Source: a virus (Duplodnaviria; Caudoviricetes). From it: a stretch of DNA of 51,856 nucleotides. The translations under genes were made by a program, and so were the position numbers. The notes below the pieces were generated by a model. That model was not told the DNA's origin and made no database searches. It saw only the letters and a list, made by a program, of their open reading frames with translations. This document shows positions 37,570 to 49,900 of the stretch, one piece after another (the first letter of the stretch is position 1; each line of letters starts with the position of its first letter). The stretch is taken from positions 1 through 51,856 of IMG/VR virus record IMGVR_UViG_3300025087_000092, one strand, 5' to 3'.

Positions 37570-38531
37570 GCTTAATAAATATTATAACTAATTTTGCTAC
37601 TGATATAGGTGCAGATGTTGTTGAAAATCGCGCTGCACTCATTACATTAGCAAATCGTGCAGCATTAGAAATTTATGACTCTAGTGATTTACCTGGGTCA
37701 TTGATGGAAATTGTTGCAAGTGTTAATCAAGATAGACTTATATCTTTACCATCTTATATGCGTAATATTCGAGCCATTCGTGAATATTATGCTTTTGATA
37801 AGATTAATCTTGTTGATATGCGACCTCGTTATAATTATGAAGCATGGAATCAAATATGGAATAAATGGAGGCTTCGTTCTAATAGTCCCATAAAAGTTGA
37901 TATAACAAATGCTTCAGTAATTAAAATATATGCAGGTGCTATTGAAATTAATTCACCTGTTATAAGTATTATTGGATCAACAACAAACAGTAATAAACTA
38001 CTTGAACAAATCGTATTATCTATATCTGATTCGCATTATGATGCTGTAAATAATTGTTGGGTTACTATTAATGCGTGGACATCAATTGCATGTATTGTTA
38101 AAAATATAACCAATACTTATAATATAATTATTCGTGATATAAATGATATTGAATTAGCTATAATTGATAATGATAAACTTTCTTCAAGCTATATTATTGT
38201 TGATGTATCTGCCTTACCAACTACAGTGCAATCTAACACTGGTAGTATGTATGTAGAAATATTATATAAACGTCAATTTGATTCATTTATTAATGATGCT
38301 GATGAAGTTCTTAATAATCAGTTTGATAATGCAATTATAGCTAAAATGGCTGAAATTTGGACTACAACGCATCCTGGTGAAGAAAAACGTGCACTTTTAC
38401 ATTATCAAAAATCAAATCAATTAGCAAATCAAAAAATAGTTGATGTTAGTGGTCCAACACAAAAAGAATTTACAGCTGAACCTGTAGTTGGTTATATGAT
38501 GAGTCAACGCTTTCCATTTAATGAACGCTGA
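37566..38531 (+). CDS. Putative head-tail adaptor (tail tubular A-like)
   Basis: N-terminal helices (ANRAALEI), position before the nozzle-size gene. Confidence 0.5.
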   Translation: MSLINIITNFATDIGADVVENRAALITLANRAALEIYDSSDLPGSLMEIVASVNQDRLISLPSYMRNIRAIREYYAFDKINLVDMRPRYNYEAWNQIWNKWRLRSNSPIKVDITNASVIKIYAGAIEINSPVISIIGSTTNSNKLLEQIVLSISDSHYDAVNNCWVTINAWTSIACIVKNITNTYNIIIRDINDIELAIIDNDKLSSSYIIVDVSALPTTVQSNTGSMYVEILYKRQFDSFINDADEVLNNQFDNAIIAKMAEIWTTTHPGEEKRALLHYQKSNQLANQKIVDVSGPTQKEFTAEPVVGYMMSQRFPFNER

Positions 38532-40140
38532 ACATAATCAATTTGCATTTAACGGAGGCATGAATTTATTCAATGCAGATTCATCTCTTGCTGAGAATGA
38601 ATACGCTATTGGAATAAATATTCGTGTGCGTGATAACACTGTTTATCCAATACTTAATCCACATGAATTTCGTTATTTACCACAAGGTAAACGGCAAGGA
38701 TTATATGCAGTTGGTTCAATATTGATTATATTTATTGATGGCCAAGCATATTATAAATTATCTACTGGTTTGGTTTGGTATAATGTCATTAATTTACAAC
38801 TTGATTCAACTGTTGATTATATTTATGGTTGTGCAGTTCCAACATCATTTAATAATTTTACTCGTTTACTTGAAACTAGTGGCGAATCTAACAGTGGTAT
38901 TAAATTAGGCACAACAACTAATTCTGGCCTTCCTGGTGCGTTTGTTGTTCAAGATGGCATAAATCAACCATGGATAATTTATCCAAATGGTGCAGCAAGA
39001 GTTTTACATACTTATACCGAATGGATGCTAACTGATCGTGAGTATGTTCCTATTGGAAAACAAATGATGTTTTTCAAGGGCATTTTATATATTGTTGCGC
39101 CAGACAATAAGTCATTTTATCGTTCTGTAAGTGGCAGACCGCTTGATTTTGTTGTTAATATTGATGCATCCGGTTTTAAAGGTGGTGATGCAACAACTAC
39201 AAGTCATTCAGTTGATTATAATGCTATTACTTGCATTACTTCACTTAATAATGATAGTTTTTTAGTAGCAACTGCATTTGCTTGTTATTCAATTACGCCA
39301 AATTATGATAACCAAATATTTGGTGAGCCTACATTTGATCAAGCTAGTATGATTTCTGCTGGAGTAGTTAATCAAAATTCATTCATTGAAATTCTTGGTG
39401 ACTATGCATTTATTGATTATGAAGGCTTAAAATCATTTAATGCTGTTTCTCAAGTAACCATGGAAAATAAAATTAATGTATTTTCAATGCTTGTTAGTAA
39501 ATTGTTTGCTGGTATTGTTCAAGATGTTTGTTGCGCTGCTACATTTGATAGTAGTGCATTATTTAGTTTAAAAACTACCTATGGTTATTGCATATTAATT
39601 TATGATTTGCTTGCACAAAAATTTGTGTCTATTGATATAACTGAAGCAGTTCAAATTAAACAGTTTGCAGTTATTTATACTGAAAGTGAACGAAAAATTT
39701 ATGCAATAACTGCAAGTAAATTATTTGAATTGTTTGGCGATGCTGAATCATTTGCTACGCCTGTTATATTTACTCGTGCTTTTATAGCTACTAATTCAAA
39801 TAGTCAAAAGCCATTAGAACAAAAGTCAGCACAATTAACTACATTCTTTTCAGATAGTAATAGTGATAGCACTGTAGTAGCTGCTGAAGTTGTTGATGAA
39901 AAACAATACAGCGCTAGAATAAGTAAACAACTTCGTCAAACTCTTAATGGAATTTTGTTTCCTGTGGCACCGCCAGTTTTTACAAATTCTAATAAAATAT
40001 TGCAAGCAATTAATTTTGTTTTTATGGAGACTTTGAGAGGTTATAAAGTTTCATATATGATAACATGGTATAATGATGCAAGATTAATTGGTTTTTCAAT
40101 AACGGCAGGAGCAGAAAAAACAATCAGTAATAATATTTAA
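38521..40140 (+). CDS. Putative tail nozzle/stabilisation protein (P22 gp10- or tubular B-like)
   Basis: FNGGMN N-terminus, beta-propeller-like composition, 539 aa. Confidence 0.6.
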   Translation: MNAEHNQFAFNGGMNLFNADSSLAENEYAIGINIRVRDNTVYPILNPHEFRYLPQGKRQGLYAVGSILIIFIDGQAYYKLSTGLVWYNVINLQLDSTVDYIYGCAVPTSFNNFTRLLETSGESNSGIKLGTTTNSGLPGAFVVQDGINQPWIIYPNGAARVLHTYTEWMLTDREYVPIGKQMMFFKGILYIVAPDNKSFYRSVSGRPLDFVVNIDASGFKGGDATTTSHSVDYNAITCITSLNNDSFLVATAFACYSITPNYDNQIFGEPTFDQASMISAGVVNQNSFIEILGDYAFIDYEGLKSFNAVSQVTMENKINVFSMLVSKLFAGIVQDVCCAATFDSSALFSLKTTYGYCILIYDLLAQKFVSIDITEAVQIKQFAVIYTESERKIYAITASKLFELFGDAESFATPVIFTRAFIATNSNSQKPLEQKSAQLTTFFSDSNSDSTVVAAEVVDEKQYSARISKQLRQTLNGILFPVAPPVFTNSNKILQAINFVFMETLRGYKVSYMITWYNDARLIGFSITAGAEKTISNNI

Positions 40141-40145
40141 TATTT

Positions 40146-40529
40146 ATGCCTGTAGCACCACTAAGATTATCATTTGATGCAATGCTTCCGACAGCAGAAA
40201 TTTGGTTTGCAAACGCTGCTGCTTGGAATGCATACTGGACACGAGCTTACGTTACAATAACGGCTGCTAATTTACCATTAGCAACATTGACTGATGCTGG
40301 TGTTGTTAAAAAAGCTGCAAAAGGCACTGATTTTATTAATACTGTTCATACAGTAGCACCAATACGCATCTTATCTGATCAAGATGGTGATGGAATTGAT
40401 GAAGAATATTATGTAGTTTCTGCACAAGATGCTGCAATGATTACAAATTGGGCTGCAAAAATTGAGTCATTAAGTGCAAATTATGCAGCCTTGAAAACTG
40501 CATTTGAAACTGCTGGAGTAATTGGATGA
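40146..40529 (+). CDS. Short fibre or needle-like protein
   Basis: LATxTxAGVVK fibre motif and C-terminal coiled coil. Confidence 0.5.
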   Translation: MPVAPLRLSFDAMLPTAEIWFANAAAWNAYWTRAYVTITAANLPLATLTDAGVVKKAAKGTDFINTVHTVAPIRILSDQDGDGIDEEYYVVSAQDAAMITNWAAKIESLSANYAALKTAFETAGVIG

Positions 40530-40888
40530 ATCCAATAACGCTTGAAGATATTGTTAAGTTTGTTCTGGCTAATCGTCGCGGAAAAGTATTTAAAAATTGG
40601 TCAGAATTAGAGATTGCATGTCATGTGCATCGTTGTATGAAAAGCAAGACTGTAGCTATAGTAACTGCTGATGAAAACAATGATATTATTGGAGTTGCTA
40701 CAGCATTATTACTTAATTGTTATACAATGCACATTGATAATATACTTACAATTAAGCGAGGCTTGATTCCATTTTTTATTCGTATATTACGAATAAATTA
40801 TCCTGAAGTAACTAAAATACAGGGAGTAAGAAAATTTAAGAATAATATAGTTCATTATGATATTAACAAATTAGCGAAAGCAATATAA
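40526..40888 (+). CDS. GNAT-like small protein
   Basis: DIIGVATA...MHIDNI; position comparable to T7 gp13. Confidence 0.4.
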   Translation: MNPITLEDIVKFVLANRRGKVFKNWSELEIACHVHRCMKSKTVAIVTADENNDIIGVATALLLNCYTMHIDNILTIKRGLIPFFIRILRINYPEVTKIQGVRKFKNNIVHYDINKLAKAI

Positions 40889-40889
40889 T

Positions 40890-41723
40890 ATGGCACTTAA
40901 TGATCCGCCAGCACCAGCTACTAGTGAAAGCACAGAACAAATGATGCAAGCATATCGGGATTATCTTCCTGATATTTTGCGTATAACAGCCAATAATATT
41001 TTACCGATGGAGCAAGCTAAACTATCTGGTAGTGAAGCTGTGTCTCCAGGTTATGCTAAATTAAGCACTGATTTATTTGGTGAATATGGTCCACAACTTG
41101 CTAAGATTGGTAGTGATATTATTAAACAACAAGCTAACGATCAAGCATTGAGTGATTTATCTGTAGTTAGCGGACCAGGTCGTCAACTTGTTAATGAAGC
41201 TTTAACAACTGCAAAAGCTGCTGATCCAGAATATTATAATGTAAGAGAAGCTGCTGGTAATAAATTAAGTGCTTTGCTAGGTTCTATTAATCCAACTGGT
41301 GGTCTTGATGCTAATGAAACTGAAGCAGTTACTCGTGGACTTGCACAAGAGAATACACGCCGCGGAGTTGCATTTAATCCATCACAAACTAATACAGTTG
41401 CAAATGCAATGCAGTTTGGTAATGCTGCAATGGCTAAAAAAGAGAAAATTGGTAATATTCTTAATGCAACAACAAGCACAGCTCCAGCATTAAAGAGTGG
41501 CATTGATGTATTTCAAGTTGCAACAGGAAAGCCTAGTTATGCAAATCTTGGTGATACTAAATTTACTGGTGTTACTCCAGTAGGTAGTTCAACAGAACAA
41601 TTCGGTGGTAATTTATTAAATAATATAGCAACATTACAAGGTCAAAAGAATCAAATTAATGCAGATAGACGTGATTCAATAGATAGAATTCATGAAGGAT
41701 TTGCTGCAGTTGGATCATTATAA
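40890..41723 (+). CDS. Putative DNA ejection/internal virion protein
   Basis: Ala/Gln/Gly-rich helical protein; synteny. Confidence 0.55.
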   Translation: MALNDPPAPATSESTEQMMQAYRDYLPDILRITANNILPMEQAKLSGSEAVSPGYAKLSTDLFGEYGPQLAKIGSDIIKQQANDQALSDLSVVSGPGRQLVNEALTTAKAADPEYYNVREAAGNKLSALLGSINPTGGLDANETEAVTRGLAQENTRRGVAFNPSQTNTVANAMQFGNAAMAKKEKIGNILNATTSTAPALKSGIDVFQVATGKPSYANLGDTKFTGVTPVGSSTEQFGGNLLNNIATLQGQKNQINADRRDSIDRIHEGFAAVGSL

Positions 41724-41724
41724 T

Positions 41725-42159
41725 ATGAAATTAGAAGATATTTATAAAGAAGTCTGTAATGGCAATGAAGAAGCATTGAAATTTTTGCTTTTGTGGAATG
41801 TCTATGTGCATAGAGTTGATGATGTTATTGATGATAAGTGTATAAATGCTGAAAAAATTATACGTGCTTTTCAATGTGCTGCCGAAGTTTTTAGTTTACC
41901 ATTCTATCAACATTATTTAGCTGCATTATTTCCAATTGTATGTATTGTTACAAATATGTATTTGGATTCTGTTCAGTTTGCTACATCAGAAATAGTTTGG
42001 AAAACTACTGTTGCTGATACATTAAGATTTGCTGGTAATGAGATGGTAAATGCAATTGCAATGATTTGTGGTGGTTTTGACCATATGCGAAAATATTCAG
42101 CTATTTTACGAGAAACTTCATGGCAAGATCATCATGATAAAAACAATAACCCAATTTAA
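41725..42159 (+). CDS. DDxxD-motif helical protein (isoprenoid-synthase-like fold?)
   Basis: VHRVDDVIDD; ATG 41725 follows the upstream stop by 1 nt. Confidence 0.5.
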   Translation: MKLEDIYKEVCNGNEEALKFLLLWNVYVHRVDDVIDDKCINAEKIIRAFQCAAEVFSLPFYQHYLAALFPIVCIVTNMYLDSVQFATSEIVWKTTVADTLRFAGNEMVNAIAMICGGFDHMRKYSAILRETSWQDHHDKNNNPI

Positions 42160-42164
42160 ATATT

Positions 42165-43289
42165 ATGCCTGAAAAACCAAAAAAAGGTCAATTTAAACGT
42201 GGCAATGGTGGTGGTCTTGGAGATTTAGTAAAAGGTGCCATTCTTTCATATTTTGGAGCACCTGAAATAGCTATTGCTACACAAGCAAAGCCTAATAATG
42301 GTCCGGGTGGTGAACTTATGAAAGAGGCTCCAGCAAATTTAGACAGCCCATATTCTAATGTAACTATTAAGAAGCCTGGTTTTGCTAGAAATTTAATTAC
42401 TGGTGGTGCTGCTAATCAAAATTGGTCAAATGCCACAATGGATATTGCCATGCGACAAGCTGATTTTGAAGCTAATAAACAGTTAGCCAATATTCAGCAA
42501 GATTACGCATTAAAACGTCAGGAAATTGAAAATAGTAATTTAAGTGATAGAGATAAGCAACAGTATATATATAATTTAGATTTGCAAAAAGATCAAGCAA
42601 CTAGGCAATCTGAACGAGATAAAAATAATGCTACATATCAAGTGCTTGCTCAACATGGCTTAACACCTTCTTTTGAAGAAGAGTATAATGCTGGCATTCG
42701 TCCATTAGTTACTAATTTAGTTTCTTCACAGGGTAATGCAACTATTAGTGCAAATAAAGAATCTGAAGCAAATTCTAGCTTTGGAGAAGAAAAAGCTAGA
42801 CAAACTTTACGCACATTACAAACTCCTGCTGGAATTAAGAATCTTGAAGCTGGTAATTTAGCTACATTTGGTGCACCAGATTTACAAAAAAGACTTGGTG
42901 AACGTGAATTAAATAGAATTATTCCTCTTGGAGATAGTTTTTTTCAAAAGCCTGGTGAAACATTGCCATCATATATGCCAAAACCAGAAGCGCTGCATCC
43001 ATTAGCTGCATTATTTCCTAATGAATTTGGTAATACAACTGGTAGCAAGAATACAGTTGCGCAAGCTTCAAGCATACCACCTGGTAGCATAGTAAAGAAA
43101 GTGCAACCAGCAACTAATTCACCATCATTAGTATTACCTGAAACAAATTATAATAAATTTGGACCAATGAACATTCCACAGCTTGCTGATCCACCAGATT
43201 TAAATCCAACAATAAATTTAACGCCACCATTTTATCAAATGCCACAAAGACCTCTTAGAAGTAATTTTGGTAGAACCGGTAGTTATTAA
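42165..43289 (+). CDS. Putative ejection protein
   Basis: Gly-rich hydrophobic N-terminus, Gln-rich coiled coil, Pro-rich tail. Confidence 0.55.
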   Translation: MPEKPKKGQFKRGNGGGLGDLVKGAILSYFGAPEIAIATQAKPNNGPGGELMKEAPANLDSPYSNVTIKKPGFARNLITGGAANQNWSNATMDIAMRQADFEANKQLANIQQDYALKRQEIENSNLSDRDKQQYIYNLDLQKDQATRQSERDKNNATYQVLAQHGLTPSFEEEYNAGIRPLVTNLVSSQGNATISANKESEANSSFGEEKARQTLRTLQTPAGIKNLEAGNLATFGAPDLQKRLGERELNRIIPLGDSFFQKPGETLPSYMPKPEALHPLAALFPNEFGNTTGSKNTVAQASSIPPGSIVKKVQPATNSPSLVLPETNYNKFGPMNIPQLADPPDLNPTINLTPPFYQMPQRPLRSNFGRTGSY

Positions 43290-43296
43290 AATTAAT

Positions 43297-43986
43297 ATGC
43301 AAACTCCTCCAGATATTGATAATCAAGCTTTAATAAATGAGCTTGATAGTATAATGGCTGAAAGGCCAACTGCTGAGCAATTAAAAGAAGCACAGTTTTT
43401 GCGTAGTGAATTACTTGAGTTACCTACTGCTCAAAGACCAGCAAATTATAATGAATTATTATATGAAATAAATAGCATTATTAAATTAGGGGAACCTGCT
43501 GATAAAGGATCTGGACAATTATCTACACCAGTTAAACAACAAGAACCATTGTTTAATATAAAGAAGGAATATCCCCTTCCTCCGCTTCCTCCTCGTTTAA
43601 CTGGTAATGAATATAAAACTCCTCCAGTTCCACCACGTTTAACTGGTAATGAATATAAGCAACCGCCAATACCTCCACGCATGACAGGCAACGAATATAG
43701 ATTGCCTCCAATTCCACCATATCCAGTTAGAGGTATTTTGCCATCAGACACTCCACAATTATCTAGTCCACCAGATCTTGATCCAACTGTAGGACAGCAA
43801 ATCATTAATGAAATAAATGCAAATGATCAAGCAATGCAAAAATCGCAAGGTTGGAGAAATTATCAAATGGGTCAAATGCAGAATGAATTTAATAAACCAC
43901 AACTTGAACCAGCATTTACAAAATCTAGAATATTTGATCGTGCTAGAAACGCTAAGGCAGCATCACTTTTAACAGGGAGATTTTAA
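43297..43986 (+). CDS. Proline-rich repeat protein
   Basis: ATG 43297; 14-aa repeats EYxxPP(L/V/I)PPR(L/M)TGN. Confidence 0.65.
   Translation: MQTPPDIDNQALINELDSIMAERPTAEQLKEAQFLRSELLELPTAQRPANYNELLYEINSIIKLGEPADKGSGQLSTPVKQQEPLFNIKKEYPLPPLPPRLTGNEYKTPPVPPRLTGNEYKQPPIPPRMTGNEYRLPPIPPYPVRGILPSDTPQLSSPPDLDPTVGQQIINEINANDQAMQKSQGWRNYQMGQMQNEFNKPQLEPAFTKSRIFDRARNAKAASLLTGRF
43567..43719 (+). repeat. Coding 42-nt tandem repeat, about 3.5 units
   Basis: GAATAT recurs at 43567, 43609, 43651 and 43693. Confidence 0.9.
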
Positions 43987-46900
43987 TGCCACAATTCTTA
44001 ACAGAACAGCAGCGCAGAGATATTGTTGCAAAATTTGGATATAATCCAGATGAATATGATTATGTTCAATTTGATGGTTCTCCATTTCCAGAGCCGCCTC
44101 CTCAGCAAGAAGTTCCTAGTATTGAACCACCAATGAGTTTTGGTGATGCTTTAACAACAAGTTTAAAAGATAATGCTATTTCTGGTGCGGCAGCAGCGTT
44201 AGGAACTGTTGCCGCTAGTAGTCAATTAGCACATTTTTTTCCTGGTGCTGGAACTGCTGTTGCTATTGGTGTTCCACTTATTACTGGTTTTGGCACAGCT
44301 ATTTCAGCAAGATTAGCTCAAGATGCTATACGTAGAAAGTTACAAACTGCTGAAGTAGCTGCTGCATATGAAGCTAAAATTAAAAAAGCGCGTGAAGATC
44401 AATTCGCTGCTTCATTAATTGGTGAAATAGCGCCTAGTTTTATTGCAGGTGGTCCAATATGGGGAAAAGAATTGGGTAATCTTGGTAAATATATTAGTAG
44501 ATTGCCACGTAGAATTATTGGTAAAACAGGTGAAACTATTCCACAAGCAGAATTTAATGCAGCGTTAGGTTCAGCTGTTGCTACTGGAGTAGGTGCTGGA
44601 ACTGAAACTTATGCACAATATCGTAATAAAGAACCAATCAATTTAGGACGTATAGCTGGCGCGGCAGTTGGTAATTTTGCAATGTCTGGTAGATTATGGA
44701 ATAATAGGCTTAATCGTAAATTAGGTGTTAGATTTGATGAACCAACAGCTACTCCATTGACAGGTCAAAGACAAGCTCCAGAAACAGATATTGATGTAGC
44801 ATTAAGTCAGGCACCAGATATAACTCCATTAAGCAGAGCACAAATTACACGTAATACTGCTTTGGGTGTTAGTCCTGAAACACTACCAGCAAATTTACAA
44901 GCTCAAATTGCAAAACAATTACGTATTCCTATTGATCAACCAATTAGAACAACTAGTGCAAAAGGCAAAGAAGTCAAAGGTGTGCGTCAAATTGATCCAA
45001 CTACAGGACAACCATTGCGTCGTTATACGGAAGCTGATTTATTTAAAGCTAATGAAATTACACGTCAAAATGCTGGAATAAATAGACAAGAGGAAGCCGA
45101 AATTGAAGCACGACAACAGGCAGCCAGTGAAATTGAACAAACTAATTATGAAAAAAAGCTTCAAAAAATTCGTGCAGAAGTTGATGAAGCAAATAAAAGA
45201 AATCAACAAACGTTAGCTGATTATGAAACAAGTAAAAAAGCACCAATACAAAAACAGAATGTTCTTGATTGGCGTTTACGTAATTTACATAATACAATTA
45301 ATAATGCTCGTTTAACTGGTTCAGAACAAAGACCACCAATAAAAGCTATTGAAACAGAACCACCGCCATTGCTTAAACCAGAATCACTTTCTAGTGCTGA
45401 ACAAATTGAAGCAGACATTGATAAAAGTTTATATGGCACAAGGTATCAAGAGCCTAAAGAGAAACCATATAATGAATTAACGCCAGAAGAAGCTATTGAA
45501 TATAGGAGGCGTTTAGCTATACAACGCGGTGTTATTAAAGTTCATGAAAATGGTGAAGTTACTGGATATTTTAAGGCTGATGCAAATGGTAATCCTATAC
45601 GTGATAATCGTGGACATTATATACCTGATTCAAATGGCATACCTATACGTATGGCAGGCGTAACTTATGTTAGTGATCGTGTAATTGTTATTGATGCAGA
45701 ATATTATAATCCTGATACATGGCCACATGAATTAGGCGAATTGTTTTTAAATGATCTTAGTCAATCTACCAGGTTACAAGATACTGATTTGTATAATAAA
45801 GGTTTAAAACTTGCTGATGGAGATCGAGAAACTCTTGCTGAAGGTGTTGGATTAAGAGCACATGAATTAGAGAAGTCTCGTATTCGTAAAGAACATACAG
45901 AGCAATTTAAACAATGGCTGCAAGACTTTTGGTCTGCAGTCAAAAATAGGTGGGGTGGTGCAAAAACAAATGATATTCAAGCATTATTAGCTCGCAGATT
46001 GCATGATGATGCGCCGTATAATGAAACATTTGGTCGGCAAAAAATGTATAGCAATTTAGCTAAAGCTATTGAGCAAGCTAGTGTTGCTTTTAAACAGCCT
46101 GGAAAAGCATGGAATAATATTTTAACAAGTTGGGCGAGTAAGGGTTGGATTATTGGTAAAGATGGCGTGAAAAGAAAGGTAAACCGGGCTGAAATTCGTG
46201 ATACAAAATTAGCTGAAATACTTAATAGTGATAAGCTGTTTACAAAAACTGATATAATCAAAGCTATCCAAGATGCTGAAAGCGGCCAAATGATTCATGA
46301 GGCTAGTAGTGAGATATTTGGAACTTATCATACTGGTAATTGGTTTGGAAATCCTAAAGATACACTTGTTCTGACCGATAAGGGAATTAAAGTTTGGTCA
46401 GATGATGATAGCACACATTATGGTAAAGCTAATCCTAATGTTGATATTACAGAAATTAATAGAAAAATAAAACAATTAGAAGCTGAATCTAAAGTTATAA
46501 TTGCAGCTAAAAATAGGCTTGAATTACATAGTCGAAATATAGATAATTTACCTTTTGATTCTCCTGAAGTTCAAGAAATTTTAGCTTTACGTAATACTTA
46601 TATTGAAAAGCTGAATAAAATAGGCGATGAATTACAAAAATTACGTAATGAATCAAATATTCAACAAGATCCTGAAAAAAGTAAAACAATTGCATGGGCA
46701 GAATTAGCTACAGTTAAAGATGCAATTACTGGAGAAGATATTCTTGTTGCCACTGAATTGCAGTCTAATAGACATCAAACTGGACGAGAAGAATTGTATA
46801 ATGATCCAGAAGAAATAGCTAAAAAAACAGCAGCTTATAAGCAACAAGTGGCTGATTGGGAAGAAATTCAAAAACTTAGAACTGAAGCAGTTGAATTACA

Positions 46901-49900
46901 AGCTGAACATGATAAATTTAACTCTAAATTAAATGTTTTATATAATAAATATCAAAAAGCTTTAGAAGATCTTAGAAGAGGCGGGGAAACTGAAGAGTTG
47001 TTTAAAATTTACAATGAAGCGTTTCAAAAATATGAGCAAATGCATACGCAATCTAATGATATTTTTGATAAATATTATACTATATCAGAAGCTGCAGCTG
47101 AAAAATCTGATGCTTATAAAGAAAAATATGATACATATAATGTTGATACAAAACCACGGCCAGAATCACGCATTTTAAGCATTGATGAGATTGATAAAGA
47201 TTGGAAAAAAACCAAAGTTTTATTTGATGAACATCAAAAACTACAGGGAATTTTATCACATACTAGTGAAAATTCGCCAGAATATGAAAAGGCAAAAATT
47301 AATAAAAACATAGCTTACGAAAAGTATAGAGATGCAACTAATAAATTTTTTCATGACTATGATTATAGTTTTGTATCAGATAGTAATCCAGCCGAACCTA
47401 TTTCAGCAGAAAAGGTAAAAGAGTGGGAAGAGATTAATGAAGCTTTAAGTGATTATACTACTTTTAATGCTCATAGTGATCCTACAATATCATTTGTTAT
47501 GGTTAATATAACGCGCCAAACAAATCTTGATATTATTAATTTTATTAAAAAGCATGGTAATATTAGTGTGTTTGATATTAAAAATATATTAAAGCAGAAT
47601 GATTCATCGACAGCTTATAATTATTTAAATCGTGCAATTAAAGAGAATGACTCTGAACTTAATAATAAAGTATCAGAAGAATTTACTTCATTAATTAAAA
47701 AAGAAATTAAGCTTAATGATCTACGTAATACATATGTGAATAAATATGGTCATTTTGATGCTTATAGACCTGCTTCATTGGTAGATAAATTAAAAGAAAA
47801 TTTAGTTCCAATGGCACCATATCGGGAAACTGAAGAATGGTTCAAACGAATGCTAAAAGGAATGATAGATTATGCTGTAAGAAAAGGTTACAAAAAAGTT
47901 GGCTGGGTTAATAGTAGTCATGCTCAAAATATACAAGACTCATATGATGAAGGTAAATATGAAAAGCCTTATGATGTAATTTATCCTAAAGCTGTTAATG
48001 CATATTTAAAAGAAATGGGTTGGAATCAACAAGTTAAAAATACAGAAATTCAACACCAAAATAATCCAGCATCACGTATAGAAGCTGATACTATATTTGA
48101 ATCAGATATTGTCCATACTATTGAAATTACGCCTGAAATACATCAACAAATAAAAAATAAAGGCCAAGCATATTTTCAGGAACCAAAAAATAACTATGCG
48201 GTGCGTAAATTACAAAAAGAATTAGCAATATTTACTCGTGATTTAATTAAATCTAGAGTTCTCTATCCTGATACAGTTGCAGTTAAAGATTTAGTAGATG
48301 AAGGTGTAGAATTACTTGGAATATATCATCCAATACAAGGTCAAGCTGTATCAATAGAAAACAGTCCCACTACAGCATTTCATGAAAATTTACATAAAAT
48401 TCATCATCAATTATCTGATGACTTTCGTGCCTTAATTAAATATAGAATAGAACATGATAATACTGGATTTATAAAATACGCTGTGGATACATTAACTGAT
48501 GAGTATAAAAGAAATTATCAGTTAACTTTATACCCAGTGCAACAAAAAAACTTAGCAGATTTTGATCAATTTGATACAAAAGGCAAAGTTAGTGTTATTT
48601 TTGATGCTCTTGATGAAATTTTAGCTTATGGTATAGATAATGATACCGTAAATAGCAAACAATTAAAAAATATTGTTACAGGTTTTTATGGTCCAGAAAT
48701 GCTCAAAATATTTACGAGAGCAAATATATCTCCGCGTGATTACCCACGCTATAATCCAGATCAAAATGCTTACTATCAAGAATCAAAAACATTTAAATAC
48801 GGAATGCCTGGATTTACTGGAGTAGTTGATAAAATAGCAAAAACATATGGCAAAGCTGGTGAATTTCTTGCTGGAGATATATTTGAACCAATGCTTATTA
48901 ATAGAAGAGAATTAATAGGTAAGTATCGTAATGCTGCTATTGATTTAATTAAACCATTCAATAAAGCTGAACGCAATCGTATTAATCAATATGGACAAGA
49001 AATGTATAAGAATGGTAAATCAACAATACAATTAACACCAGCCGAAGAAAATGCTTACAATAATTTGCGCCAGCTACTTGTTTCTGCTGCACAGCAACAA
49101 CAAGTGGAAGGTCCGTTAGTGCGCGAATATGATCAAAATGGTAAAATTACATTTCGCAAGCGTGGTATAGATAAAAATTATTGGATGATTTCTATGCCAA
49201 AATTGAGTGTAATTCAAACACTTCGCGAAAAACCATATAGTTCAGCGGCACAACAACTTCGTGAAGATTATGTAAATTACTTTATTAATGATCCTCGTTT
49301 TAATGGTAACAGACAAGCTGTATTAGCTGAATTGCAAAAGAATCTTGATATGTTTCCGAAAGAAGGTTCAGCAAGATTCATTGGAATTCGTCTTGCAAAA
49401 GGTAAGGGAATTCCTCCATCATGGCGCGAGGATAGGCTTGACAGATTGTTTGAGCGTTACTTTGTAAATTTTGCAGATGATATGGCTTACTATAAACATG
49501 TCGAAAGTAATCCACATGCACGTAGTTTACTTAAAGTAACAGATCAGTTTGGTAAACATAGTGATGTAAAAGATAAATTACCTGATGGAGTTACACCAAT
49601 TTATAATTTGTCTGGTTCACCTCAAGTTGAAGCAGTTATGCGTTTTATTAAGGGAGCTTACACTGGTCAAGATATAACATTGGATTCGGTAAATAGATTG
49701 GTAAGAGCTGGTATGCTTCAAACTGTAACAGGAATTGGTGATTTACTTACATCGCCAGGTTTAGCTTTATCACAAATTCCATTGCGTGATTTCCATGAGT
49801 TTTTCCGTGGTGCATTTTATGTTCCAACAGGTGTTAAAATAGGTAAGGAACAAGGTATTATTTCTAGTAGATCAGTTGCAGCACTTGAAAGTGGAATGGA

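Noticed and set aside
43567-43719. CRISPR-like periodic repeat
   Set aside because: In-frame coding repeat with no unique spacers.
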